This document shows, one piece after another, positions 17,682 through 28,113 of a stretch of 64,000 bases of DNA. The stretch spans positions 56,259 through 120,258 of the forward strand of contig JALEHN010000021.1 in assembly GCA_022770525.1 (NCBI GenBank), in the 5' to 3' direction. A model generated the notes under the pieces. The model saw only the letters and a list, made by a program, of their open reading frames with translations. It did not search any database and was not told the DNA's origin. The translations under genes were made by a program, and so were the position numbers. Within the stretch, counting starts at the first letter, position 1, and every line of letters starts with the position of its first letter. Source of the DNA: Clostridiales bacterium. Its GTDB lineage: Bacteria > Bacillota > Clostridia > Lachnospirales > Lachnospiraceae.

Positions 17682-18446
17682 TTATGATTCCCCCTGTTTG
17701 TCTGACTTTTTGCCGTAAATCACGTCAAGGCTTTTAATTTCCTCTTTTCCATACTTCACGACAAGGTTGTAGATCAATACTGTCACAATACCTTCGGCAA
17801 TCGCCAGAGGTATCTGTGTCACTGCAAACACAGCAAGAAACTTTGCTGTCGCTGCCAAAAATCCGCCGGACGGATAGGCAATACCAAGCTGAATGGATGT
17901 CACGCAGTATGTGACAAGATCACCGAGGGCAGCTGCCAGAAATACGCCGACATAGGCATTGCCGTTCAGCTTTTTAACAAGTCTGAAAACGGCATAGGAA
18001 ACGATCGGTCCCGCGATCGCCATGGAAAATACGTTGGCTCCCAGCGTTGTAATACCGCCATGAGCCAGTAAAATTGCCTGAAACAAAAGGACGATCAATC
18101 CAAAAACAGATGTGGCCATAGGTCCGAAAAATATAGCGCCAAGACCCACACCTGTCGGATGGGAACAGCTTCCTGTGACCGAAGGAATTTTAAAAGAAGA
18201 CAAAACAAAGGCAAATGCCGCGCACATGGCGATTAACATGATTGTTTTTCTGTCTCTGTCAATAATCTTTTTTATAGAACGAATGCCGAGAACAATAAAC
18301 GGTACACAGACAACGCCCCATGCTATACAGTAAACAGGCTGCAAAAATCCTTCCATAATATGCATCGCACCGGATGGCAGCCCCGCGGCAAATACAAGCA
18401 GCAGTACAAACACCGGTATATACTTTATTTTTAAGTACTTTTTCAT
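17682..18446 (-). CDS. cbiM: Cobalt ECF transporter S component CbiM
   Basis: Signal-like leader followed by MHIMEGFL, the metal-binding mature N-terminus typical of CbiM. Multi-TM. ATG 18446; the track start 18449 is TTG. Confidence 0.9.
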   Translation of the reverse strand: MKKYLKIKYIPVFVLLLVFAAGLPSGAMHIMEGFLQPVYCIAWGVVCVPFIVLGIRSIKKIIDRDRKTIMLIAMCAAFAFVLSSFKIPSVTGSCSHPTGVGLGAIFFGPMATSVFGLIVLLFQAILLAHGGITTLGANVFSMAIAGPIVSYAVFRLVKKLNGNAYVGVFLAAALGDLVTYCVTSIQLGIAYPSGGFLAATAKFLAVFAVTQIPLAIAEGIVTVLIYNLVVKYGKEEIKSLDVIYGKKSDKQGES

Positions 18447-18541
18447 CAATTATTTTCTCCTTTTTAGTCGAATCCTGTATATTCATCTGATCACTGTCCA
18501 AAGCCGGCCTTTAAAAATCCCGGCTCCGGACATTAATCGAA

Positions 18542-19510
18542 TCATAAAGAAAAACCGAAATATAGGACTGCTTTCACCGCATTTAATAAAAATAAACACA
18601 ATATACACGTCATATACATCAGCACATGGCTGTCGCGGATATGTTTCGGGCTGACTTTGTGTACAGGATCGCCAAGCGTCGGTTTCTCCACCGGCTTCCC
18701 GAAATAATCATGGGTGCCGCCAAGCTGTATGCCTAATGCGCCGGCACATGCGCTTTCTGTCTGGGCACTGTTCGGGCTTAAATGTTTATTCCTGTCCCTG
18801 AAAAAAATTCTGGCAGCGCCCTTTGCGTCATAACCGCATAAAAATGCTGATACAATATACAAAAGGCCTGTCATTCTTGCCGGAATAAAATTGACAACAT
18901 CATCAAACCTGGCGGAACAGCAGCCGAAATAACGATATTTATCATTTTTATAGCCAATCATCGAATCCAGTGTATTGACCGCTTTATAGGCAAACCCGAG
19001 AGGTGCGCCGCCGATGGCCATAAAAATCATCGGTGCCGTCACACCGTCACATGTGTTTTCCGCAATCGTCTCCACTGTTGCCTTAATAATCTCACTGAAT
19101 TTTAAATTGGATGTATCTCTGCCCACAAGGTATGAAATCATTTTTCTTGAAAGCGCGATATCCTTCTGTTTCACGGCATCGTAAACTTTCATTGACTCTG
19201 TTTTTAAGCATTTCATTGCCAGAATCTGATACATCCAGAATGTTTCAACAATTTTTGCAAGCCACGGGTGAATTTTGGACAACCCGAAAAGGATGAGGGC
19301 ACTGACCGCAAATGAAACGCCTGTAACAATCACAAGTATAAAAAATCCGGCGATATATTCGCCTTTTTTCGATTTTGGAAAAATCCGGCGCAAAAACTTT
19401 TCTGTTACTGAAATCAGTTTCCCGATCAGCCTGATCGGATGATACAGCCACTGCGGGTCACCAAAAATCATATCCAATATAAACGCAATAATTAACTGAT
19501 ATAATAACAT
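18542..19510 (-). CDS. cbiB: Adenosylcobinamide-phosphate synthase
   Basis: GDPQWLYHPIRLIGKLI N-terminal motif, membrane protein. TAATG overlap with the cbiA stop. Confidence 0.9.
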   Translation of the reverse strand: MLLYQLIIAFILDMIFGDPQWLYHPIRLIGKLISVTEKFLRRIFPKSKKGEYIAGFFILVIVTGVSFAVSALILFGLSKIHPWLAKIVETFWMYQILAMKCLKTESMKVYDAVKQKDIALSRKMISYLVGRDTSNLKFSEIIKATVETIAENTCDGVTAPMIFMAIGGAPLGFAYKAVNTLDSMIGYKNDKYRYFGCCSARFDDVVNFIPARMTGLLYIVSAFLCGYDAKGAARIFFRDRNKHLSPNSAQTESACAGALGIQLGGTHDYFGKPVEKPTLGDPVHKVSPKHIRDSHVLMYMTCILCLFLLNAVKAVLYFGFSL

Positions 19511-20901
19511 TATTCCAACGACCTCTTATGGTATTTTATCATAGCCTTTTTAAAAGATAAAGCACTTTCAATACGGCTGTACAGATACAAATGCGGATAA
19601 CCGCCGTAAAGATAATCGCCGGCATGGCCTTCCTCCCATGACTTTCCTCCCGTCTTTGAAACGGTAAAATCACTGCCGGCGTTATCGGACACCGAATAAT
19701 GAAACTCATGGCCTTTAATCACAGCCCCCGCTTCACCAAGCATACTGTCTTTTTTCGGTGTGATATCCACATATCCGAAAGGTCCCAGTTTTTTCGTCAG
19801 TTTTGCGGTTCCCGGAATCAGACCGACCATCTGATATGTATGACCTTCCAAATCTTCAATATTTTCATGAAGATACATAAAACCGCCGCATTCCGCAAGG
19901 ATCGGCATATGCATTGAATAACAGTGCCTGATGGAGAGCTTCGGCCACAGCTTTTGGGAAAGCTCCCCGGCATAAACTTCCGGATATCCGCCGCCAAGAT
20001 AAATACCGTCAGCCTCTTTGGGTACTTCATCACCATGAAGCGGTGAAAACGGAAGTATCTCAACACCGATTTTCTGAAGCAGATTCAGATTATCCTCGTA
20101 GTAAAAGCAAAAAGCCTTATCCATAGCAACCGCCAGCTTTACTTTTGTCCCCGCAGCCGCGCCATAAATGGCCGCTTCAAAAGGCATGCGCTTTGGTTGA
20201 TATGGCGCACCCGCATCCGCACTGTCGGCGATAGCCTTCAGCGCCTTAAAATCAATGGACTTCTCTGCAGCCTGTGCAAGAATTTCGACTTTTTCATCAA
20301 GATTCTGAATTTCCTGTGCTGTGATAAGCCCGAGATGCCGGCTTTCAATAACTGCTTTTTCCTGCTTTTCGAAATAACCAAGCACCGAAACACCGGTCTG
20401 TTCTTCAATCGTTTTTTTCAGGAACATATAGGTCCCTTTACCGACATTATTTAATATAACACCTTTCACAAGGTCACTGCCGCCGTAATCTTTATAGCCC
20501 TTAATCATCGCCGCCAGTGAAACTGACATGCCTCTTGCATTGACAACAAGAATCATCGGCGTATTGGTCGACACCGCCACATCAAAGGAACTGGCCTTTG
20601 CAGTTGTGCCAATACCGTCATACATCCCCATGACACCTTCAATAATGCCGATGTCACTGCCCTGTAAATGATTGTTCAGCAGCCAGTTTAAGCGATCCTT
20701 TTCAAGGAAAAACAGATCCAGATTAATGGACGGCTGTCCGGTAATATGTTTATGAAACATCGGGTCAATATAATCCGGTCCACATTTAAACGGCGCAACC
20801 TTTAAGCCCTGATTCATCAGTGCTTTCATTATAGCGCAGGTCACAGTCGTTTTTCCGCATCCGCTGTTTGTGCCTACAATCATCACTCTGCTCCGGCTCA
20901 T
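19510..20901 (-). CDS. cbiA: Cobyrinate a,c-diamide synthase
   Basis: VMIVGTNSGCGKTTVTCAIMKAL P-loop and a C-terminal GATase (AECGGFMYL). Confidence 0.9.
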   Translation of the reverse strand: MSRSRVMIVGTNSGCGKTTVTCAIMKALMNQGLKVAPFKCGPDYIDPMFHKHITGQPSINLDLFFLEKDRLNWLLNNHLQGSDIGIIEGVMGMYDGIGTTAKASSFDVAVSTNTPMILVVNARGMSVSLAAMIKGYKDYGGSDLVKGVILNNVGKGTYMFLKKTIEEQTGVSVLGYFEKQEKAVIESRHLGLITAQEIQNLDEKVEILAQAAEKSIDFKALKAIADSADAGAPYQPKRMPFEAAIYGAAAGTKVKLAVAMDKAFCFYYEDNLNLLQKIGVEILPFSPLHGDEVPKEADGIYLGGGYPEVYAGELSQKLWPKLSIRHCYSMHMPILAECGGFMYLHENIEDLEGHTYQMVGLIPGTAKLTKKLGPFGYVDITPKKDSMLGEAGAVIKGHEFHYSVSDNAGSDFTVSKTGGKSWEEGHAGDYLYGGYPHLYLYSRIESALSFKKAMIKYHKRSLE

Positions 20902-20902
20902 C

Positions 20903-21706
20903 TTATCCCTCCGTTCCTTTGATTTCTCTTAAAATCCAGTTTTTAAACATTTCTTTTGAAGAAACCCCTGTCTCCGCCGCAGGACGGTCAATCAAAATTA
21001 CAGGGATTCCCGTCTTTCTGGCACTTTCTATTTTTTCAAACAGACCCCCGGTCTGTCCGCTGTCTTTGGAAACCACGGCCTGTATATTCAGATCCCTGAT
21101 GCACTGAATATTATCTTCTTCTGAAAACGGGGGATTTTTCGCAATCACATGATCCATCGGCACACCGTACTGACGGCACCTTTCTATGGAAGCCTCAGTA
21201 TTCAGAACCCGGACAAAGCCCCGCACATCGAAATCACTGATGGCCGCCTTATACACATTGATTGTATTGGCCCCTGTCGTCAGTAAAAAGTTTCCTTTCA
21301 TTTTACAAAGCATTTCAGCGGCAGCCCCGGCATCAGAAACATGGATAATCCTTTCATAGTCATAGCTTTCCATGCGTCGTACATAGCGCACGTATTTCGG
21401 AAATCCGTCATCTTTACGACTTCGGTCACAGGCTTCTTTCACCGTTTTTGTCACATCCACAGCAAAAGGATGAGTGGCATCCACAACGATACGGATTCCA
21501 AACTTCCGGATCATTTCACAAAATTCATCTGCATTTTTCCGTCCGACAAATACGTCTGCACCTTTTGCCTTTAAATCATTTAATACTTCCGAGCCAAGGT
21601 CTGTTGCCACTGTGGCAGCAGTCGAAAATCCCATGGTCTGCAATACTTCAATCGCGTCATGAGCCTCTGTCGTGCCTGCCGCCACAAGTGCGTCATAGTG
21701 CATCAT
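20903..21706 (-). CDS. cbiJ: Cobalt-precorrin-6A reductase
   Basis: N-terminal VAAGTTEA motif, size and position typical of CbiJ. ATGA overlap with the hemL stop. Confidence 0.8.
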   Translation of the reverse strand: MMHYDALVAAGTTEAHDAIEVLQTMGFSTAATVATDLGSEVLNDLKAKGADVFVGRKNADEFCEMIRKFGIRIVVDATHPFAVDVTKTVKEACDRSRKDDGFPKYVRYVRRMESYDYERIIHVSDAGAAAEMLCKMKGNFLLTTGANTINVYKAAISDFDVRGFVRVLNTEASIERCRQYGVPMDHVIAKNPPFSEEDNIQCIRDLNIQAVVSKDSGQTGGLFEKIESARKTGIPVILIDRPAAETGVSSKEMFKNWILREIKGTEG

Positions 21707-22989
21707 GCCTTCAATGCTCCCAAAGCACCGTCAATGGCAGCCACTGTCTTTGCAACATCCTCATCTGTATGAGCATATCCGACAAAAAATGCTTCAAACT
21801 GTGACGGCGCAATATATATTTTCCGGTTCAGCATGCCGGCAAAATATTTTTTAAACATTTCAAGATCAGAACCGAAGGCATCAGCAAAGCTTGTCACCGG
21901 ATGATCGGTAAAGAAAATGCTCATCAGTGATCCGACACGATTTAATGCTGCCGGAATCTGATATTTTTCAATGGCATCGGCATAAGCCTTCGCGATGATT
22001 TCAGCTTTTTTATCAATGGCCGGATAAATCTCGTCTTTATGAGCACGCAAAATCTTCAGTGTCGCAAGACCCGCAGCTACAGCCACCGGATTGCCGGACA
22101 GTGTTCCTGCCTGATATACCGGTCCCGTCGGTGAAACCTTCTGCATGATTTCTTTTTTACCGCAGTAAACAGCCATTGGCATACCGCCGCCCACGATTTT
22201 TCCGAGGGTTGCCATATCCGGTGTGACACCGTAATATTCAGAAGCGCCGCCATAGCTTAAACGGAAGCCTGTAATAACCTCATCAAAGATCAGCACGGCA
22301 CCGTATTCTGATGTAATTTCACGCAGTCCTTCAAGGAAACCCGGTTTTGGAGGGACAACGCCCATGTTGGCAGCTACCGGTTCAACGATCAGCGCCGCAA
22401 TTTCATCTTTATGCTGTTCAAATAATGCACGGACACTGTCCAAGTCATTGTACTGGGCAATCAGTGTTTTTGCCGCAAATGCCGCCGGCACACCGGCACT
22501 GTCCGGAACATTTTCTGTCAGAAGTCCGGAACCTGACTTTACAAGAAGTCCGTCAGAATGTCCGTGATAACATCCTTCAAACTTGACAATATAATCTCTG
22601 CCTGTATAGCCTCTGGCAGCGCGGATAGCGCTCATGACAGCTTCCGTACCGGAATTGACAAGACGTACCATTTCTGAACACGGTACAGCCTCGTTGATCA
22701 TTTCAGCAATTTCCACCTCTGCCACTGTCGGCGCGCCGTAGCTTGTACCGCGCATTGTAGCATCACAGACAGCCTTCACAACTTCTTCTCTGGCATGGCC
22801 GAGAATCATCGGTCCCCATGAACCGATATAATCAATATATTCAATACCATCAATATCATATATTTTAGAACCTTTTGCACTGGCAATAAAACGCGGTGTC
22901 AGTCCTACCGCACGGTAAGCGCGCACAGGGCTGTTGACACCGCCCGGCATAATCTCACAGGCTCTCTCGAAAATTTCTTTACTGTTCAT
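21703..22989 (-). CDS. hemL: Glutamate-1-semialdehyde 2,1-aminomutase
   Basis: PGGVNSPVRA, LIFDEVITGFR, TLGKIVGGG (PLP lysine). ATG 22989 behind SD GAGGTGG. Confidence 0.93.
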   Translation of the reverse strand: MNSKEIFERACEIMPGGVNSPVRAYRAVGLTPRFIASAKGSKIYDIDGIEYIDYIGSWGPMILGHAREEVVKAVCDATMRGTSYGAPTVAEVEIAEMINEAVPCSEMVRLVNSGTEAVMSAIRAARGYTGRDYIVKFEGCYHGHSDGLLVKSGSGLLTENVPDSAGVPAAFAAKTLIAQYNDLDSVRALFEQHKDEIAALIVEPVAANMGVVPPKPGFLEGLREITSEYGAVLIFDEVITGFRLSYGGASEYYGVTPDMATLGKIVGGGMPMAVYCGKKEIMQKVSPTGPVYQAGTLSGNPVAVAAGLATLKILRAHKDEIYPAIDKKAEIIAKAYADAIEKYQIPAALNRVGSLMSIFFTDHPVTSFADAFGSDLEMFKKYFAGMLNRKIYIAPSQFEAFFVGYAHTDEDVAKTVAAIDGALGALKA

Positions 22990-23000
22990 TATTTCCACCT

Positions 23001-23978
23001 CTACTGTTCTTCCTTAAGCCACCGTGCCACATCAAGAGCATAATATGTAATGATCATCTTTGCGCCGGCACGTTTCATCGCTGTCATACTTTCCATAACA
23101 ACCGCTTTTTCATTGATCCAGCCCTGAAGCGCTGCTGCCTTCATCATGGAATATTCGCCGCTGACACTGTATGTGCAAAGCGGCAGCGGAAATTCATCGG
23201 CAATGGTTTTGACCATGTCAAGATAAGCAAGGGCCGGCTTGACCATCAGAATATCCGCGCCTTCCATCACATCAAGCTCTGTTTCAACAAGGGCATCCTT
23301 TTTATTGCGCCAGTCCATCTGATAGGAGCGTCTGTCGCCAAAAGCCGGCGCCGAATCTGCCGCGTCACGGAACGGTCCGTAATACGCGGAAGCATATTTC
23401 ACACTGTAGGACATAATCAGTGTATCCTGCATGCCATTTTCATCAAGCACTTCTCTCATACGACCGATACGTCCATCCATCATATCTGAAGGCGCAACAA
23501 TATCCGCGCCTGCTTTGGCGCATGAAAGGGCAGCCTTCGCAAGAAGCTCCAGTGTCGGATCATTTAATATCTTATCCCCTTTAATCAGGCCGCAGTGACC
23601 ATGGCTCGTATATTCACAGAGACATATATCCGCAATGCAGAGCATGTCCGGATATAATGATTTCGTAAGACGCAATGCCTTCTGTACGATACCATTGTCA
23701 TCGTAAGCACCGCTGCCCACTTCGTCTTTATGGTCAGGCACGCCAAAGAAAATAATTGCCCTTACCCCTGTTTCGTATACTTCTTTTAAATGAATTTCCA
23801 GCTGATCCAGGGAATAATGGAAAATCCCCGGCATCGACGGAATCTCTGTTTTTACATTTTCACCCTCAACAACAAAAATAGGGTAGATCAGGTCATTAAC
23901 ATGAACATCTGTCTCATGGACAAGATCTCTCACTGCCTTATTTACCCTGAGTCGTCTCGGTCTGCGTGTTAATTCCAT
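23001..23978 (-). CDS. hemB: Porphobilinogen synthase
   Basis: MELTRRPRRLR N-terminus, MVKPALAYLD active-site lysine region. ATG 23978 behind SD GAGGAG; the track start 24005 lacks an SD. Confidence 0.92.
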   Translation of the reverse strand: MELTRRPRRLRVNKAVRDLVHETDVHVNDLIYPIFVVEGENVKTEIPSMPGIFHYSLDQLEIHLKEVYETGVRAIIFFGVPDHKDEVGSGAYDDNGIVQKALRLTKSLYPDMLCIADICLCEYTSHGHCGLIKGDKILNDPTLELLAKAALSCAKAGADIVAPSDMMDGRIGRMREVLDENGMQDTLIMSYSVKYASAYYGPFRDAADSAPAFGDRRSYQMDWRNKKDALVETELDVMEGADILMVKPALAYLDMVKTIADEFPLPLCTYSVSGEYSMMKAAALQGWINEKAVVMESMTAMKRAGAKMIITYYALDVARWLKEEQ

Positions 23979-24145
23979 GTTTAACATCTCCTCAAATAAA
24001 TTCATCTAACTATTCATTTGTATATGAATCTGACACTGCAAAATCCCCTTCCAATGCGCTGTCAGAAAAATATCTGTTATAATTTAATATATGGTTTGAA
24101 AAATCTGTCAGTTTCCCGTCTGATATACGGTCACCGATATATCTG

Positions 24146-26551
24146 TCAATCTTTAAGCATACATGATATCAGCCCATCGATATCATAGACCGATGCTTCC
24201 TTATAAACATCAAGCCCCATATCTCTTGCCGTTTTTCCGGTCACAGGACCTATGCAGACGATTCTGCCCTTATAAGTCTTTTCCTTATCGACCATCGATA
24301 CAAAAGCTTTGACCGCCGACGAACTGCAGAATGTAATATAGTCGGCATAATCAAGGATTCTGTTAAGCTCCTCACCTTTTCTGCTGTCCACAGATGTCTT
24401 ATATATAGAAAGGGCTTTGTAGCTGACACCTGCCTGATCCAGGATATCTGTCAGTTCCTTTGATGCCTCTTTTGCTCTCAAAAGCAGTACCTTATCCCCG
24501 TCAGATAATACCGGCACAAGGGCTTCTCCCAGATCTTTACTGCTGTACATCGTCGGCAGACAGTCACAGAAAATTCCCTTTTCTTCCAGTGCCTGCGCCG
24601 TACCTTTGCCGATGACCGCAAATTTAATATGACTGAGTCTTCGCATATCAATCCGCTGTTCTTTCAGCTGTTCAAAGAAAATATCCACACCATTTCTGCT
24701 TGTAAAGACCAGCCATGTATATGTATCTATTTCAGCCATCACTTTTTTAAGCAGTACGCCGTGAATCGGTGTCGTATGGATCAGACCAAAATCCAGCGGT
24801 TCACCGCCAAGTTCTCTGACACGGTCACTGATATCCCGAAGCATCAGATCACTGGCCGTAATCAGCACGCTTTTCCCTGAAAGCGGCTTTTTGCCATACC
24901 ACCGGAGTGCTTCATGAAGGCTGACCACATCGCCGACAATGGAAATCGCCGGTGTCTTAATACCTTCCTCAGCGGCTTTTCCTACAATTGTCTCAAGGGT
25001 ATCCACAGCGATTTTCTGTCTTGCCGTTGTCCCTTCCTGCATCACTGCCGCAGGGGTTTTCGGGTCTTTGCCGTTTTTAATCAGCTGCTCGGTAATGTTC
25101 GGCAGATTTTTAAGTCCCATCAAAAAGACAAGGGTGCCTTCCTCTTTGGCCAGAGTCGCGTAATCCAGCACAGATTCTTTTTTTGCCGCATCTTCGTGTC
25201 CGGTGATCACATGGAATGATGATGCCATTGTCCTGTGAGTTACAGGAATACCGTTGTAAGCCGCTACGGCATAGGATGAAGAAATTCCCGGAATGACCTC
25301 ATATTCAATACCATTTTCAAGCAGCGCCAGCGCTTCTTCACCGCCCCGCCCGAAAATAAACGGATCGCCGCCTTTAAGCCGCGCCACTGTTTTGCCTTCC
25401 AGTGCTTTTTTTACAAGCAGTGCATTGGTTTCATCCTGCTTCATGTAGTGTCTTCCTGCCCGTTTTCCGGCATAGATCAGTTCTGCATCCAAACGCGCCT
25501 CATTCAGCAGTGAATTTGATGCCAGATTATCATAAATCACAACATCAGCTTTTTTCAGTGCCTCAAGACCTTTTAAAGTCATAAGTCCTTTATCGCCCGG
25601 ACCCGCGCCGATCAGATACACAAAACCTTTGCGCCCGCTAAGAGCGATCAGCTCTTTGGCCACAGCTTCACCGAGGCGCACGCCGTCGCCCGCAGACATT
25701 TCCCGACAGATCCGGTGCATCGCCGTAGTTCCCACCGGTGCATACATGGCATCCATCGTCATCACATCATCCTCGATTTTTGCCAGCGCCGCCGCAGGCG
25801 CATTACAGCTGCCGCCGATATTTTTTAAGAAACTTCTCTCGGCATCAAGAATCAGCCGCGTTTCTCTGTCACTGATAGCTTCCAGCACTCTCAGTATTTT
25901 TTCATCATCCGCCCGTGTTTCCACAGCAAGAATGCCCTGACTTGCGGCCGGAAGAATCATTTCTGTATCTAAAAATTCATATTTAAAACGATGATAATCA
26001 AACTGACGATCTTCTTTATAATTCAGCCGTTCAAGACCGGCACCGGCAAGTACGATCGCATCGTACTGTCCGTCGGCCAGCTTATCAAGCCTTGTCTGTA
26101 CATTACCACGGATCTGCTTTACAATAATCCCCGGATTTATTTCCTTAAGCTGAAGCTCACGGCGAAGGCTTCCGGTACCGACAACCGTACCTTCTTTAAA
26201 ATCGCGAAATGGTGTCCCATCCTTTGTGACCATCACATCGCATACATTTGCCCGTTTTAAAACACCACCGATGATAAGTCCGTCAGGCAGTTCCATCGGC
26301 ATATCCTTTGCGCTGTGTACCGCAATATCGATATGGCCGCGAAGCAGACCTTCCTCCAGCTCTTTTGTAAACACCCCTTTGCCGCCAAAGCTGGACAATG
26401 ACTGATTCAGCCACTGATCACCCTTTGTCGTCATCGGAACAATCTCTATCTCTATTTCAGGAAATTTCTCCCTGATTTTATTCACAACAATATTTGTCTG
26501 AACCAAAGCCAAAAGACTTTTTCTCGTTCCTACTCTGATTTTATTCAACAT
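24146..26551 (-). CDS. hemC-cobA-hemD: Trifunctional fusion: hydroxymethylbilane synthase + uroporphyrinogen-III C-methyltransferase + uroporphyrinogen-III synthase
   Basis: N-terminal third RVGTRKSLLALVQT...LRGNVQTRL (HemC). Middle VYLIGAGPGDKGLMTLKGLEALKKADVVIYDNL (SUMT/CobA). C-terminal ~250 aa SVLITAS...LVFTSRNGV...ITFCSSSAV (HemD-like). Confidence 0.85.
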   Translation of the reverse strand: MLNKIRVGTRKSLLALVQTNIVVNKIREKFPEIEIEIVPMTTKGDQWLNQSLSSFGGKGVFTKELEEGLLRGHIDIAVHSAKDMPMELPDGLIIGGVLKRANVCDVMVTKDGTPFRDFKEGTVVGTGSLRRELQLKEINPGIIVKQIRGNVQTRLDKLADGQYDAIVLAGAGLERLNYKEDRQFDYHRFKYEFLDTEMILPAASQGILAVETRADDEKILRVLEAISDRETRLILDAERSFLKNIGGSCNAPAAALAKIEDDVMTMDAMYAPVGTTAMHRICREMSAGDGVRLGEAVAKELIALSGRKGFVYLIGAGPGDKGLMTLKGLEALKKADVVIYDNLASNSLLNEARLDAELIYAGKRAGRHYMKQDETNALLVKKALEGKTVARLKGGDPFIFGRGGEEALALLENGIEYEVIPGISSSYAVAAYNGIPVTHRTMASSFHVITGHEDAAKKESVLDYATLAKEEGTLVFLMGLKNLPNITEQLIKNGKDPKTPAAVMQEGTTARQKIAVDTLETIVGKAAEEGIKTPAISIVGDVVSLHEALRWYGKKPLSGKSVLITASDLMLRDISDRVRELGGEPLDFGLIHTTPIHGVLLKKVMAEIDTYTWLVFTSRNGVDIFFEQLKEQRIDMRRLSHIKFAVIGKGTAQALEEKGIFCDCLPTMYSSKDLGEALVPVLSDGDKVLLLRAKEASKELTDILDQAGVSYKALSIYKTSVDSRKGEELNRILDYADYITFCSSSAVKAFVSMVDKEKTYKGRIVCIGPVTGKTARDMGLDVYKEASVYDIDGLISCMLKD

Positions 26552-26634
26552 TGTCATACCTCTTAAATGAAATTGAAGTCAGGCATCGCCGCATGACATC
26601 TTTTTATTTAAATATCTTTTATTCAAACATCTTT

Positions 26635-27276
26635 TTATTCAGCCGGTACTTTTTCAATCTCGCTTAAAATAACCGCCTGCGGTATGCTGCCCTGATGCGC
26701 AATTCCGTAAGCCGTCAGCGCTTTAAGGACTTTCTGTCTTTCCTTCTGACTGCCGATGGTTTTTTTGATCTGTTTTCTTGCGGCTTCCAGTCCGTCAAGC
26801 AGATCCCCGTACCATTCAGGCACTGCCCCGTCAACGGTTTCCCGAACTGCCTTTGTAAGCGCCGGTACCTCACCCGATGTGGACATCCCGATGACAAGCT
26901 CGCCCCGCACAGTCACCGCAGGGAAAATAAATGTAGAGTCGATCCTGCTTGTGGCTGAATTGACCGGTATGCCCATCTCTTTGCAGTGCTCTGCCATCTT
27001 ATGATTGAAAACCTCATGATTTGTGGCGCAGATGACCATATCCATGCCCGTCACCGGCGGAAGTTTGGATCCGTCAAAATGTACCGTCACTTCTTCACAA
27101 AGCACCGTGCCGTCATGAATCATTGCCGCCAGTTCATCTTCATAAGCATATGCGTACACATGAACCGAGATACCAAATTTTAAAAGCGTCTTTATCTTCC
27201 GAAGTGCCACCGCACCGCCGCCAAACACAAGACAATTCTTATTCGACATATCAACAAACATTGGAAATAACGGCAT
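26635..27276 (-). CDS. sirC: Precorrin-2 dehydrogenase (SirC / CysG N-terminal / Met8-like); the only chelatase-capable fold seen in the cluster
   Basis: CLVFGGGAVALRKIKTLLKFG Rossmann motif, 213 aa. SD AAGGAG. Confidence 0.8.
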   Translation of the reverse strand: MPLFPMFVDMSNKNCLVFGGGAVALRKIKTLLKFGISVHVYAYAYEDELAAMIHDGTVLCEEVTVHFDGSKLPPVTGMDMVICATNHEVFNHKMAEHCKEMGIPVNSATSRIDSTFIFPAVTVRGELVIGMSTSGEVPALTKAVRETVDGAVPEWYGDLLDGLEAARKQIKKTIGSQKERQKVLKALTAYGIAHQGSIPQAVILSEIEKVPAE

Positions 27277-27354
27277 ACCGATTCTCCTTCCGGTCTGATA
27301 CTTATTTTTCTCTTGGCCCTTCAGGGCGTAAAATCATCTTCTCTCCGACGCAGC

Positions 27355-28086
27355 TTATAATTTATAGCCTCTCGGTGTAATCATCTTTCCGTCTTTGATG
27401 TATGTTTTGGAATTTCCGATCACTACAATAGAAAACATATCAATAAATGCATCTTTGAGCTGACCAAGGGTCGTCAGCGTCATACTTTCCTCCGCGCGGC
27501 CCGCATGACGGACAATGCCCGCCGGTGTATCCGGACTCTGATACTTCATCATGATTTTGGCAGCCTGCTCCACATAATCCGTGCGCTTTTTACTTTTCGG
27601 ATTATAAAGACATACAACAAAATCACCGATAGCCGCACACTCCACACGCTTCATAATCTGCTCCAGCGGTGTCATCAGATCACTTAAGCTGATAATCGCC
27701 ATATCATGCATCAGCGGTGCACCAAGCACTGCCGCTGCCGCACTGGCTGCCGTCACACCCGGAACAACTTCCACTTCAATATCTGCCTTCATCTCGTCAA
27801 CAACCTGCAGCACGATACCGGCCATACCGTAAATACCGCTGTCTCCGCTGCTGACCATGGCAACATCATTGCCCTCCAATGTTTTTTCAACGGCAAGACG
27901 ACACCGGTCCACCTCTTTTTTCATCGGCGTACTTAAATACGTTTTTGTCGGGAAAAATGCTTTCAGCATCTCCACATACGTTGTATATCCTGTAATAATA
28001 TCCGCATTTTCAATGACATCGACGGCTTTCATCGTCATGTGGTCATAACCGCCCGGACCAAATCCCACAACATATAATTTTGACAT
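27355..28086 (-). CDS. cbiH: Cobalt-factor III / precorrin-3B C17-methyltransferase
   Basis: LYVVGFGPGGYDHMTMKAVDVIENADIITGYTTY class III methyltransferase N-terminus typical of CbiH. Confidence 0.88.
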   Translation of the reverse strand: MSKLYVVGFGPGGYDHMTMKAVDVIENADIITGYTTYVEMLKAFFPTKTYLSTPMKKEVDRCRLAVEKTLEGNDVAMVSSGDSGIYGMAGIVLQVVDEMKADIEVEVVPGVTAASAAAAVLGAPLMHDMAIISLSDLMTPLEQIMKRVECAAIGDFVVCLYNPKSKKRTDYVEQAAKIMMKYQSPDTPAGIVRHAGRAEESMTLTTLGQLKDAFIDMFSIVVIGNSKTYIKDGKMITPRGYKL

Positions 28087-28113
28087 ATTTACCTCCGTTC
28101 ACATCTGTCCGGC

